Assembly (NCBI RefSeq): GCF_006345805.1
Contig: NC_043001.1
Span: 32,984,001 to 33,048,000, forward strand
Length of the DNA stretch: 64,000 bases
Direction: 5' to 3'
DNA from: Octopus sinensis
Taxonomy: Eukaryota
Made by a program: the position numbers and the translations under genes. The notes beneath the pieces are model-generated. The model worked only from the letters and a program-made list of their open reading frames with translations, was not told where the DNA came from and did not search any database. Shown here in pieces: positions 12,323 through 24,179 of this stretch. Each line of letters opens with the position of its first letter. Position 1 is the first letter of the stretch.

Positions 12323-13379
12323 ATAATATATCTTACTTAAATCGCTTCAGATTTGCACTTCAGGCATAAATGCAGAATCCTTTGAGAGTAGGTTGAAATG
12401 TTTTGTGCTGTTTCGGCTGCACGTCCTGCGATTCAATTCTGTTCCTCACAGATTACTCTGGAGAAAGAGTCAAATAAATTGCAACAGACAGTGGCACAAG
12501 TATCAATGCAATCGTCACAAGACAATTGCAGGGAGACAAGGATACGCAAGACTTGAAGATAAAATTTTGGGTGGATAAAACTTGCAACACTTGCTCACAT
12601 TCAAAACCAATTATTTATATACAGATGCAAAGTTCACAGTTATTATATTTCAACATTTACTCAAAACCCCAGAACAAAACGTTACGTATCTATTATGTAG
12701 AAGTTACATGTCCGTTTTATAGGTTTGTGTATTTGAATGCTAATAAATATGAACACAATATTGACTGTAGATTAAAAAGAACAGGGGCGTATATTCCAGC
12801 GTGCTAGGTGTGCGCTTCACACCCATCGAAAATGGCAAATTCATTATAAATATTAACCTTACTCTTTAATTTAATCGCAAGTCTTAATGGAAAATTTTTG
12901 TTATATCCCTGCTTGAAATTTGATGACATCGAGTGTGGCAGCACACACCCAGTACAAACAAGCACAATACGCCACTGATATATATGTAATATTATATATA
13001 TATATATATATATTATATAATATTATATATATATTGATCGGTTCAATCTTAACCGAGCAGTTCATCTTAGTACATTTGTGTGGTGTGTAAAAAACTCGTA
13101 TGTATACGTTTAATCTCAGCGTCAAACCTTAGTCTTAATATATTACATGGCAGCTACGATTCGAAACTCGTAAAATCGATGTTAAATTTAAATCTTCAGT
13201 AAATTAAAAACATGCAAAGATAAAAACGTAAACATGCGCATTCCTGCTATGAATACGTAGCATGTAAATATTCATGTGTGTGCGGTCGATTGTGTGTGTG
13301 TGTGTGTGTATGTGTGTGTGTGTGTGCCTGTTTGCGTTTGTCTGTCTACGGCTGTACGTGGCCATATCTATACAAAGTC

Positions 13380-13520
13380 GTTTTATACTTAGATACTGAA
13401 CTTTCACCATCTCGATTGAGACTGGGCTGTTCTCTATACAATGTCAAGTACCTTTTTAAACGAATTTATCTCTCGATACTTGGAAAGATCTGTTTACAAG
13501 TTCACTTTCTTCTTTTATTA
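13380..13520 (-). mobile_element. Penelope GIY-YIG C-terminal remnant
   Basis: Minus frame RLKRYLTLYREQPSLNRDG resembles the E.LYI..xPSLNRD end of Penelope ORFs. Confidence 0.45.
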
Positions 13521-13733
13521 CAATGAGTAAAGTTCAAGAAAAATAAACAGTTATCTTTTGCTTTTGTCTTCCTTTATCACTTATCAAGACTTGAAGACTT
13601 GGTGTGTTAATTAAACAATGATACTCAAACACATACCACCTCACGCGATTATTATTTTATCTAGTTAAGATTATATTTATTCTGAACCTGAATTTTCATT
13701 ACAACATATATATATATATATATATATATAGTA

Positions 13734-13770
<37 letters not shown>

Positions 13771-14227
13771 AGACAAATTATACTATTTCATATAGAGATT
13801 GTTAACATTAAGAATACTCTGAAACACTCGCTAGATTTGAAGTGCTCAAATTTATATATATTTATGTATCTATTTATGTGTATATATATTTTTAAAATGC
13901 TTACGTATTTTTAAATATTTTTAAATATTTGCGTGTTTTTAAGTATTAAATATTTATATGTTTATATGCTTGTATGTTTTTAATACTAATATTATTTCGA
14001 AATTTATATTTATTTATTAATGTCGAAGAAAGTACACATAGATACTGAATATTCTATTGGATAATAGGTCATGTTCTTCTAGTTTCCGTTCGTATTGCCT
14101 CCATAACATTATATCTATTATATATATATATATAATATATAATATATATATATAATATATTATAATATATATATAGATATATTATATATACATATACAGA
14201 TAGATAGATAGATAGATAGATAGATAT

Positions 14228-14277
<50 letters not shown>

Positions 14278-14409
14278 GGATTGAAAAATTTAGATTCAGA
14301 TGAATATGGTGCTTAAGTTGAGGAACCAGAGACTTTAGTACGGTATTATCCATACAATTTCAAAATAAGGTGATCATTTTGATTCTAATCTGCTTATTTT
14401 GATTATATA

Positions 14410-14475
<66 letters not shown>

Positions 14476-14489
14476 GGTGGGGGTGTATA

Positions 14490-14854
14490 GGAAAGGTATT
14501 GGTATCTAGAAGACCCAAACAGTGTCGGGTAACGCTAAGTAAGTTCTATGGATAAACCGTGGTTAAACTCTTGGTTCGATAATGATACGAGTGAGGAGTC
14601 TAATGTGAGTCTTGTATTAGCATGCATATATATATTAGACAGAATGAGATAACAAATCCAAGGCTGTGAGGAGTTTTCAGGTAATTTATAATGAAATAAT
14701 CATACAGCTGTTTCTGGGATATTATAGATATCACTTTTCTCACAGCGTCTCTGATGAAGGGATATCCATAATATCCTAGACGCAACTGTGAGACTATTTC
14801 ATTATAAATGTCCTCAAAACTCCTCACAGCCTTGGATTAGTTATCTCATTCTGT

Positions 14855-14855
<1 letters not shown>
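14490..14855. mobile_element. Penelope-type terminal-repeat fold-back element with decayed hammerhead cores
   Basis: Imperfect ~220-bp palindrome 14638-14855 centred near 14746; GTCT-CTGATGA at 14747-14757; clearly homologous to 19946-20499; flanked by (TA)n and (CA)n. Confidence 0.75.
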
Positions 14856-14888
<33 letters not shown>

Positions 14889-15062
14889 ATATTTATATAT
14901 AGACAGACATAGATTACTATAATTATAACTATTTTCTTACGTATTTGCATTGTCCTTTGAAACGCGCGTATGTAATGAATCCAAATTTGTATAAGATCTA
15001 ATTTTGATGCAACATCTTTATATGATTGTTTATGGTATATTTATACCTGTAACGATATTTTC

Positions 15063-15099
<37 letters not shown>

Positions 15100-15221
15100 T
15101 TAAAAATAGGATAAAATCTTTAAAAGAATTTATCAAATAGTTAGCGTGAAAAACCTCATAAGGGAAAAAATTAATTTTTCCCTTTAAATATATTTATTTA
15201 TATTAAGGGCATTAAAAAAAT

Positions 15222-15450
15222 AAACGTGCCCTTTTAAAGCCTAGCCAGGCTCATGGGCCCGGTTTCCCTGCTTTCTATGGCCTATGTGTTCCGCTGCTGG
15301 ACGGGATGCCAGTCCATCGCAGCGTTACTCATTTTTACCAGCTGAGTGGACTGGAGCAACGTAAAATAAAGTGTTTTCCTCAAGAACAGGAATCGAAACC
15401 ACAATCTTACGATCATGATGCTGACACCTTAACCATTAAGCCACGATCCC
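15222..15450 (-). mobile_element. tRNA-derived SINE with CORE-like and V-SINE-like segments
   Basis: Minus strand: TGGCTTAATGG / GGTTTCGATTCC boxes, 'gttgctccagtccactcagctg', 'gcgatggactggcatcccgtccag'. Confidence 0.75.
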
Positions 15451-15489
15451 CCACAATTAAGGGCATTACTATACATGTATGCTTCACGC

Positions 15490-15568
15490 TAGGAGGGACT
15501 CTTAAAGTCAAAACTACCTTAATACAATGTGTTTATTATGGTAGTTTTGACTTTAAGAGTCCCTCCTA
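15490..15568. repeat. 79-bp near-perfect hairpin (35-bp arms, 9-nt loop), probable collapsed MITE
   Basis: taggagggactcttaaagtcaaaactaccttaata versus its reverse complement with one mismatch; TA at both ends. Confidence 0.9.
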
Positions 15569-15626
15569 TATATATATGTATGTTGTATAGATAGATAGAT
15601 AGATAGATAGATAATATAGATAGATA

Positions 15627-15667
<41 letters not shown>

Positions 15668-15722
15668 ATATAGATGATAGAGGATAGATAATACATTGTG
15701 TGTGTACGTGTGTGTTTTGTTT

Positions 15723-15760
<38 letters not shown>

Positions 15761-16489
15761 AACTGCATGGCCTTAGCATTATCAAAAACCAGTTATTAAA
15801 ACTCTGCTTATGATGTTCTGTATTTTTAAACTCCAGTCGCGAAGCAGTGTGATTTCACAGACATTTCAGCTACAGAACGTAATATTAATTAGCAAATGAA
15901 TAATGAAAACAGAAGTTACGTAATCACATTTGTTCACTTACAAGTGTTTCCGCTACAATGAATCATAGACACAGAGGTGAGTGACAGAATCCTAACTTCT
16001 TGTTAACGCTCTGATAAAGCCATTAGATGTCATACCGTCACTTAACTCGAGGTGCATATTTACTGATAGCAGAAAGATCTGTATGCTAATGAATTGGATT
16101 ATGTAACTACTGTTATATTGCCATTCATTTATTAATACACCCACGGACATATGTGTGTGTATCTATGTCATACATGTGTGTGAGTATATGTATATTTATA
16201 TCCCTCTTTCTCTGTCCATCTATAATCACATGTTCATACGTGTGTGTGTCTGTGTAAATACACATACACACGCGAGCATGTGAGAATTCGATTATGTTGA
16301 GTGGATACAAAACGGACAGGTTGAAGTATTATATGGAATGTTTCAAATGTTTATTATAATATATTCTTGCTTGTCTTGTTCTACGCGCAACATCTCAAGA
16401 TTAATAATAAAAAAGTATCTAAAAAGATATGCCTGAAATCTACTCATGCAAACATACATAGATGCATAATACGTTCAACTCATTAAGTG

Positions 16490-16898
16490 GCAAATATACT
16501 TCACGAAGTCGTGCAGCTACTGTTTATACCTCGCTCAGAGATTTATTATTGCTTGTTTCCACTTTTCCGACATCAGTGACTTTTCGTCACTGGAAAAAGT
16601 ATATATAAATATTTGCATTGAGAACCACTTCTCATTACACGCTAATGATGTGTCAATACCCAGAAACTCGTGTCCGCGTGTATCACGTCAGGCTGCAGAT
16701 GTGAAAGATGACTTCTCTTTGCAAATAGTGATAGGGCACAGAAGGTGTGTCAATAGCCAGGTAAAGGAGATGTCTTCCTGGGGCTACAAGCTACAGTAGC
16801 ATCAACCACTAGGGGTTACTCACGTGTAGGTAGGTTGCAAATATACTTCACGATGTCGTGCAGTTACTGTTTGCACCTCGCTCAGAGATTAATTATTG
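16490..16898. repeat. Two 62-bp direct repeats separated by 285 bp
   Basis: 16490-16551 and 16837-16898, 5 substitutions. Confidence 0.85.
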
Positions 16899-16899
16899 T

Positions 16900-16944
<45 letters not shown>

Positions 16945-16952
<8 letters not shown>

Positions 16953-17075
16953 AGAATCCAAAAAAACACAGACGAAGACAGGTGGTGTAGACGACAAACG
17001 TATTAGTTTAACGCGCGGGAAGTAAAATGTCTTTACGTTTCGAGCTTACGCTCTTCCACGGAAAGGAACCAGAAG
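16945..17075 (-). mobile_element. Penelope-type terminal-repeat remnant with mutated hammerhead core
   Basis: Minus: cttt-CCGTGGA-A-GAGC-gtaa-GCTC-GAAAC-GTA-aag; perfect stem II and GAAAC, core deviates from CTGANGA at two positions. Confidence 0.5.
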
Positions 17076-17076
17076 A

Positions 17077-17154
<78 letters not shown>

Positions 17155-17639
17155 CATATAAATATACATAAAGTTTCAGAATTAGATAATAGTCCAAGGG
17201 TTTGAAAGATTTCATCGAGACGGTGTGAGAAAATGGTTAAGAAAGTAATGTGTCCATATATATAATATATATATGATATATATATATATATAATATTATA
17301 TATATATATAATATATTATATATATATATAATTTAATAATAAAATATATGCATTTACATACATCCATGTATGTACGTACCTACATCTACATGTATATATA
17401 CATGCATATATACATATATATATATATATAAGTACAGGACACCACAAATAGACGTAGACCTCAACGGGAAACGAAAACATAAAAACAAACTAGGAAACGG
17501 ACTTTTTTTAACAACGAAAAAACAGAGTACAAGATAAACAACACAAGGAATATTCCCCTTCATCAGCTGTCCCTGATTCGACTTAATGCGTGTATATATA
17601 TATGCTTGCGCTGGCCTTTGACTTCGCTGATGTATTTCT

Positions 17640-18280
17640 ATGTCCAGATTTTCATCATCTTCTACAGACCTACTTAACAGTCGACAACCTCAAGTAACTT
17701 GGCCTTAACGAAGATTTTAGTGATATTGCAAACAGCACTACGCGCAGATTGAAACATTACATCAAGCCAAAGTCATCACCAGCTATGTCAAACTTAGATA
17801 CAAGAGATTGCAAACCCGCTTTATGGCGAGCTTGCAGAGGGGAAACGCAATCGGTGTAAACCTAAAAGGAGGTTTAAGGACGGCTTAAGGACTACCATAA
17901 AGTCACTTGCAATGGATTCAAAGGTCACTGAAACCGTTGCTTCTGGTCGAGCTGGATGGCAAACAAAAGTGTGGAGTGAAGTGAAGGCGTTTGATGATGC
18001 AGGCTAGCACATACAAGAGTTAAGACAGATTTTAAAGAGAATGTTGCGATCGAGAAAGTGAATTCGAGTGACCTTTTTGTGTGCACAGTTTGTGACAGAC
18101 CATGCTTTTCTTTTGCTAGTCTGAAATCTCATTTGAGGACCCATCAAAAACGAACTTCCACCAGCTATTGTGCCTATATATCTGTGCACACCTTTCATTG
18201 CAGTGTATGCCATAAGGTCTGCAATTCTAACGGAGCCTCAAAATATAATTTAAGATTCACAAAGATTGGATATTGTGGAC
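17640..18280 (+). mobile_element. RTE-clade LINE 3' fragment with C-terminal C2H2-like fingers
   Basis: LYGELAEGKRNRCKPKRRFKDGLRTTIKSL..ETVASGRAGW, then FVCTVCDRPCFSFASLKSHLRTH and a second decayed FHCSVCHKVC finger. Confidence 0.8.
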
Positions 18281-19547
18281 AAAGTACACGATACTTCGAG
18301 AGAAAATGCAGGACGGTTAAGGTCGGAATGTCATTGATTATCATATGTTTGTTTTATACGGCCTGACAAGAGATTAAAGAACAAGACCACCACCACTGCT
18401 ACCAACAAACACATATTTCCAAAATATAAAACAATAAATTTACACAAAAAAAAATTACAGAATTTCACATGTTGCGTCTCTAACATTAGACTGTCATTTG
18501 TTCTCAATACTGTAGCAAACCTAACGCTTCCTACATGACTGATGGAACAGATAGCAAAGATATCCAAACGTCCTTAGAGAACTTGTCAAGCATATATGAC
18601 AAAACAAAGTATTTGTAGTTCACATATACAAGCTTGTGTGTCTATCAATAGATTCCTTAAGAGATTTGCGTTGATTGGTGGCGACATCATCATTGATTGC
18701 AGAGATGTTTAGTAATGTTTTTTCATGCTGATAGTGATGCTGGATGTAGTGTTAGTAGAAATGATTGTTATCGTGACGATTGTCATGGATATAGTTAAGA
18801 TACGATAATAGTATATTAGTGTGCGTGTGTGTACGTGTAAGCCTTATTTTGACCTGAATTTGAAACCTCATCGTGACCATAGCCAGCTTCGAAGTAAGCT
18901 TATATCTTGCTGAACACCATTTCAGCATATCAAACCAGTTTAAACATTCTTAGCAGTTTAGTTTTGAACTTTGCTGAAATTAAAAGAATAGACGAATCTA
19001 TTTAACATTAGAAAAATATAAGAAAATAAAACTTTAAACAGTTGCCTTAATCGATAATCAATCAATTTTTAGTGTATTATAGCGTTTAATTCTTTCTGAT
19101 AGTTGTTTTGGTCATCTAGATTTTATTCGTGTTATTTGTCTTGAAATTCGTGACCCTAATTAAATTGATGTATAGAGGCTGGCTTTTTATGTAGCCTCAC
19201 ATTAAATGTATATAAATGTCTCAATTGGACAATAGCGTGAGTTAGTGAACCATGTTGAACACATATTCAGTAAAGACAACTGAGGTCTTAATTAAGAAGT
19301 AAAGAAATCAAGTTTCTACATGAACAGTCGAGAATCAAGAAGACAGAGTTGTTATTTCGACGTAGTCGTTTCTATTAAATTACTTTCCAAGACACAGACA
19401 ATATGTAAAGTAATGTGAAGAAGAGGCTTTATGTAGGTAGCATTCAGCTCGTTAAAACGATCTGTAAATATCAACAGGAGCTTAGAACGGGTTTACTATA
19501 ATAGTGAAGATACATACATATGTTTTATATTATATATATATATATAT

Positions 19548-19549
<2 letters not shown>

Positions 19550-19591
<42 letters not shown>

Positions 19592-19926
19592 ATATAACTC
19601 AACTTGTGTGTCTGTGTGTGTATCTGTGTGGGTGTCTGTGTGTTTAACTTTCTGGCACATCTCTCCTAGCCAACAAATCGTAGAACCACACAAAAATGGG
19701 TCACTTAAAGTTTAGGCGAATGAAAATTGAACTGCGCTATTTCTGTTCCGAAATTCATCTTGCAGTGCAAAAATCGATAATGTGTTTGTTTATGCCTTAT
19801 CTCATGCATTGAATAGTGAACTTTACTCAGTCAGCTGTTTGACGTGAACTGTGTTCACGCGTGCAAGCATGCGTAAATTGCATGAAAAGTAAAAAATCAA
19901 GATATAAAAACGGGCAATACTGCTAG
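19550..19926 (+). mobile_element. Possible non-autonomous Helitron-like element
   Basis: Ends cgggcaatactgCTAG followed by T; 5' microsatellite and tgtctgtgtg tract typical of such elements; 5' boundary and 3' hairpin not clean. Confidence 0.4.
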
Positions 19927-20151
19927 TATATATATATATATATATGGAAGGTATTGATATCCAGAAGACCCAAGATGGCAGGTAAGGGTATGTAATTGCT
20001 ACGGGAGGACCGTAGTTAGACACTCGGTTCGATAATAATACGAGTGAGGAGTCTAATTCGGGTCTTATGAGAGCACGTATATGTTAAATAAAATGAGAAA
20101 ACAAAGCCAAGGCTGTGTGGAATGTATAAGACATTTATAAAGAGAAAGGTA

Positions 20152-20199
20152 GTCCTACAACTGTTTCTGGGATATTAGGGATATCCCTGCATCAGAGAC
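20152..20199 (-). ncRNA. Hammerhead ribozyme copy with core mutation (probably inactive)
   Basis: Minus: GTCT-CTGATGC-A-GGGATAT/ATATCCC-A-GAAAC-AGTT-GTA-GGAC; A9 replaced by C. Confidence 0.6.
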
Positions 20200-20398
20200 G
20201 ATATGATAGAGTTAACTAAAGGGAAATCATAGAGTTCAATATAAGGAGTTATTTTGGAAGAGGATAGATATAGGAAGTATAAAGAGAAATAAGAGAAAAT
20301 ATAAAAATAAAAGTAAAAATATATATAGGATGTTACAGTTGCAGCTCCAAGATAACTATTGAACTCTACTATTTTCCTCTAGTTAACTCTATCATATC

Positions 20399-20437
20399 GT
20401 CTCTGATGAAGGGGTATCCCCGAAACAGCTGTAAGAC
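20399..20437 (+). ncRNA. Minimal type I hammerhead ribozyme, core intact
   Basis: GTCT-CTGATGA-A-GGGG-tat-CCCC-GAAAC-AGCT-GTA-AGAC: stem I GTCT/AGAC, stem II 4 G-C pairs, palindromic loop III, GUA cleavage triplet at 20431-20433. Confidence 0.85.
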
Positions 20438-20527
20438 TACCTTTCTCTTTATAAATGTCCTATAAATCTACAGCCTTCGTTTTGTTGTCTCATTTAATTA
20501 AAACACACACACATATATATATATATG

Positions 20528-20572
<45 letters not shown>

Positions 20573-20642
20573 TATATATATAGATAGATAGATATATATA
20601 TATATATTATATATATATATATATGTATATGTATGTGTATAA

Positions 20643-20683
<41 letters not shown>

Positions 20684-20726
20684 TTATGTATGTATGTATG
20701 TATGTATCTATCTATCTATCTATCTA

Positions 20727-20790
<64 letters not shown>

Positions 20791-20799
20791 TATATATAC

Positions 20800-20962
20800 G
20801 TACCAGTCACAAGATCCCGGTAATCTAGCAGCTCGGCAGGTGGAGACTGATAGAATAGGTACCTGGCTTTTAAAAAGAACCTAAGTACTGGAGTCGCTTT
20901 TTTTCGGCTAAACCCTTCAAGGTGGTGCCATAGCATGACCACAGTACAATACCTGAAAAAGT

Positions 20963-20965
<3 letters not shown>
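20800..20965 (+). mobile_element. SINE family A-related 3' fragment, diverged
   Basis: 'gatagaataggtac...ggtggtgccatagcatgaccacagtacaatacctgaaaaagtaaaa'. Confidence 0.6.
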
Positions 20966-21040
<75 letters not shown>

Positions 21041-21544
21041 AACACAACACACACACACACTCATATATATATATATATGCATTTGTATAGAAATGTGTTT
21101 GCTGCTATACTGCTGAGTAAACATATGCCGATCTAGCAAAATGGATATGTGTAAACATTTGCGACCGATAGTGAAAATGGCTGAAATAAAATACTATTTT
21201 ACCGAAGTGTATTTCTCTTTTATATAGCAGTATTGACTATGTTTGATTATATATAATGGGATGTTTGAGCGTGCGTATGTGCTTTTGTGCGTGTGTGCAT
21301 GTGTGCACGTACACACACGAGAGAGAGAGAGAGAGAGGGAGAGTGGAAGAGGGAGAGAGAGAGAGTGAAAGTAAGAGATGAATATGTAAAGAGAGAGAGA
21401 GATAGAGAGAAAGAAACCGTGGTGGGAGAGAGAGAAAGAAAGAGAGAGAGACAGAATTTTTCATCGATCCACAGGTATACCTGTATCACATATTGAAAAT
21501 TAGCTGCACGGAGGTGTGTAAACGAAATATATAGTTTAGAATGA

Positions 21545-21605
<61 letters not shown>

Positions 21606-21671
21606 ACACACACACACATGCACACACGCACAAACACAAAGATACACATATACTGATATACATGCGTATGC

Positions 21672-21704
<33 letters not shown>

Positions 21705-21802
21705 AAGAGAGAGACAGACAGACAGACCGATATAGACATAGACATACAGACAGGGAGTCAGATTTATAAACAGATAGATAGGTAGATAGATAGATAGATA
21801 GT

Positions 21803-21877
<75 letters not shown>

Positions 21878-21878
21878 T

Positions 21879-21939
<61 letters not shown>

Positions 21940-22649
21940 GGGAGAGAAGGAGGGAAAGAGAGAGGAAGGGAGAAAGAGAGAGACTGATTGACTGGTAGAA
22001 ACAGCGATAGAATGATAAACAGACATAATACACACACACACATATATATATATGTACATATATCTGCGCGCCAACGTGTGCCCGTGTCTGTATATACGTA
22101 TATGTGTGTGGAATTTCATTAAAGTTTGCGCCATGACTACGGCAGGCGATTACTTGGTAACGTTGTTTAACTTCAATCTATATAAATATATAGGTAACGG
22201 ATTATTGACTCTAATATAATACAAGTCCTGCCTTCTCCGATCATATCGTCGGCAATGTGTATAATCTGGGTTGATATTTTGTGTATGTAAAAGTGTGATG
22301 TCATGAGAGTAAGAGCATGTGTGACTGAATGGCTATTGAAGATGATGCATGGCAGGGCTATGTTTATTAGTAAATATCTCCATTAGTTTGAAAGTAAATT
22401 GCAAGCTATTGTTCGTCACTCAAGGTCATTTCTTGGTCGGATTCAATGGTGATCTAACTATTTGAAAAGCGGTCTTTCATTCCCTGTCTCTCGCTCCCTG
22501 TCTTCTCTCTCTCTCTCTTTCTCTCTCTCTCTCACTTTCACATTTTCTCTCTCTCTCTCCATTTTTCTCTCTATTCTTCCCACTTTCTCTTTTTATTCCT
22601 CAATCTATTATCCTGATCTCCATTGCTCCTTTCTCTCTCCATTCTCTTC

Positions 22650-22696
<47 letters not shown>

Positions 22697-22910
22697 CTAT
22701 CTATCTATCTATCTATCTATCTATATCTTCTCTCTCTCTCTCTCTCTCTCGTATATATATATATTATATATTATATATATATATATATATTATATTTTAA
22801 TTGTTTGTGTATAATATAATACAGGATACATACATATAAACATATGTACAAGCATATATATGTGCATGTAAATACGTATAGGTGTGTATATATATATATT
22901 TGTATTCCTT

Positions 22911-22944
<34 letters not shown>

Positions 22945-23602
22945 CGTGTATGTATGCATATATATATATATATAGTATATATATGCATACATACATTCGT
23001 TCATACATACATATATAAAGAGAGGGATAGAGAGTGAAAGAAAGAAATACGTGCATACATATATACGTACATATGTGTATATATATATATATGAGTGTGG
23101 TCATATATGTGTATAGGTATATGTGTGAGTTGTGTGTGTCTTTAAGTGTCTATGTATCTGTCTACGTGTACGCTTATGTTCCTGCGCCTGAGTGTAAAGC
23201 AATCTTGAGGAAGACAGAGAAAATCTTGAGGGAGTTTAATGATCTGATGCGATTCTGTTTAATGCTTATTCGCGTATGTTCAGCAAAATTCTGTTAACTT
23301 TCATTCTGTTTCCGTGTTAATCACATTAGATGAGACAAACCAATTGAGTAATACCCTGGAGCATTCCATTTTTACCTATTTCTATCTATTTCTCCTACAG
23401 TATATACATATACACATGCATACAGAAAGACCCTCACACACACACACACACAGGAACACAAGGACAGGTTAATATAAAGAGATGGGGTTGTGGAGAGGGA
23501 GAAGGATAGAGAAATATGGAAACAGTAAGATTGTAATATAAATGTGTGTCCCTATATATTTATACATGTAATACAACATACATATATATATATATATATA
23601 TA

Positions 23603-23640
<38 letters not shown>

Positions 23641-23661
23641 TGTACAACTCTCCGTCTTCGC

Positions 23662-23696
<35 letters not shown>

Positions 23697-23722
23697 GCAT
23701 GTAACACATTCTCCGTCTTTCG

Positions 23723-23774
<52 letters not shown>

Positions 23775-23969
23775 TAATGTTCCTGTATTTACAACTTTCC
23801 ATAAGTAATAAATGAACTCTGTCCGTTCAAGTAACGCCGTTATTGAAACGTTTGGAATATTTGTCGGTGATGTTTTATAATTTTTTCCCCCATTCCTCTG
23901 GAGGCGGCTGGAATACATACTCAAACGACCTTCTTGGCTTAGTGGTACGGAACGTTTTTCTCGTATCAT

Positions 23970-24175
23970 TTTATACTGTTACTTGTGTCAGTCATTTGAC
24001 GGTGGCCATGCTAGAGCACTACGCTTTAGTCGAAGAAATTGAGTCCTGAATTTATTCCCTGTAAACCTAGTGCTTATACTACCAGTCGCTTCTACTGAAC
24101 AGTTAAGTTACAGGGACGCAAACACACCAACATCGGTTGTCAAGTAATGGTGGTGGAGGAATAAACACAGACACA
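23970..24175 (-). mobile_element. SINE family A 3' fragment, diverged
   Basis: 'tcagtcatttgacggtggccatgctagagcac...catcggttgtcaag'. Confidence 0.75.
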
Positions 24176-24179
24176 TTCT

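Larger units (their letters stand above)
19946..20499. mobile_element. Penelope-type terminal-repeat fold-back element carrying two opposed hammerhead motifs
   Basis: Arms ~20087-20258 and ~20345-20499 are reverse complements; ~140-bp unique left extension shared with 14490-14637; flanked by (TA)n and (CA)n. Confidence 0.8.

Noticed and set aside
12452-12560. Plus-strand exon after ttctgttcctcacag
   Set aside because: No convincing donor and no recognisable protein.
18058-18366. Host C2H2 zinc-finger gene
   Set aside because: Contiguous with RTE ORF C-terminal motifs; no TGEKPY linkers.
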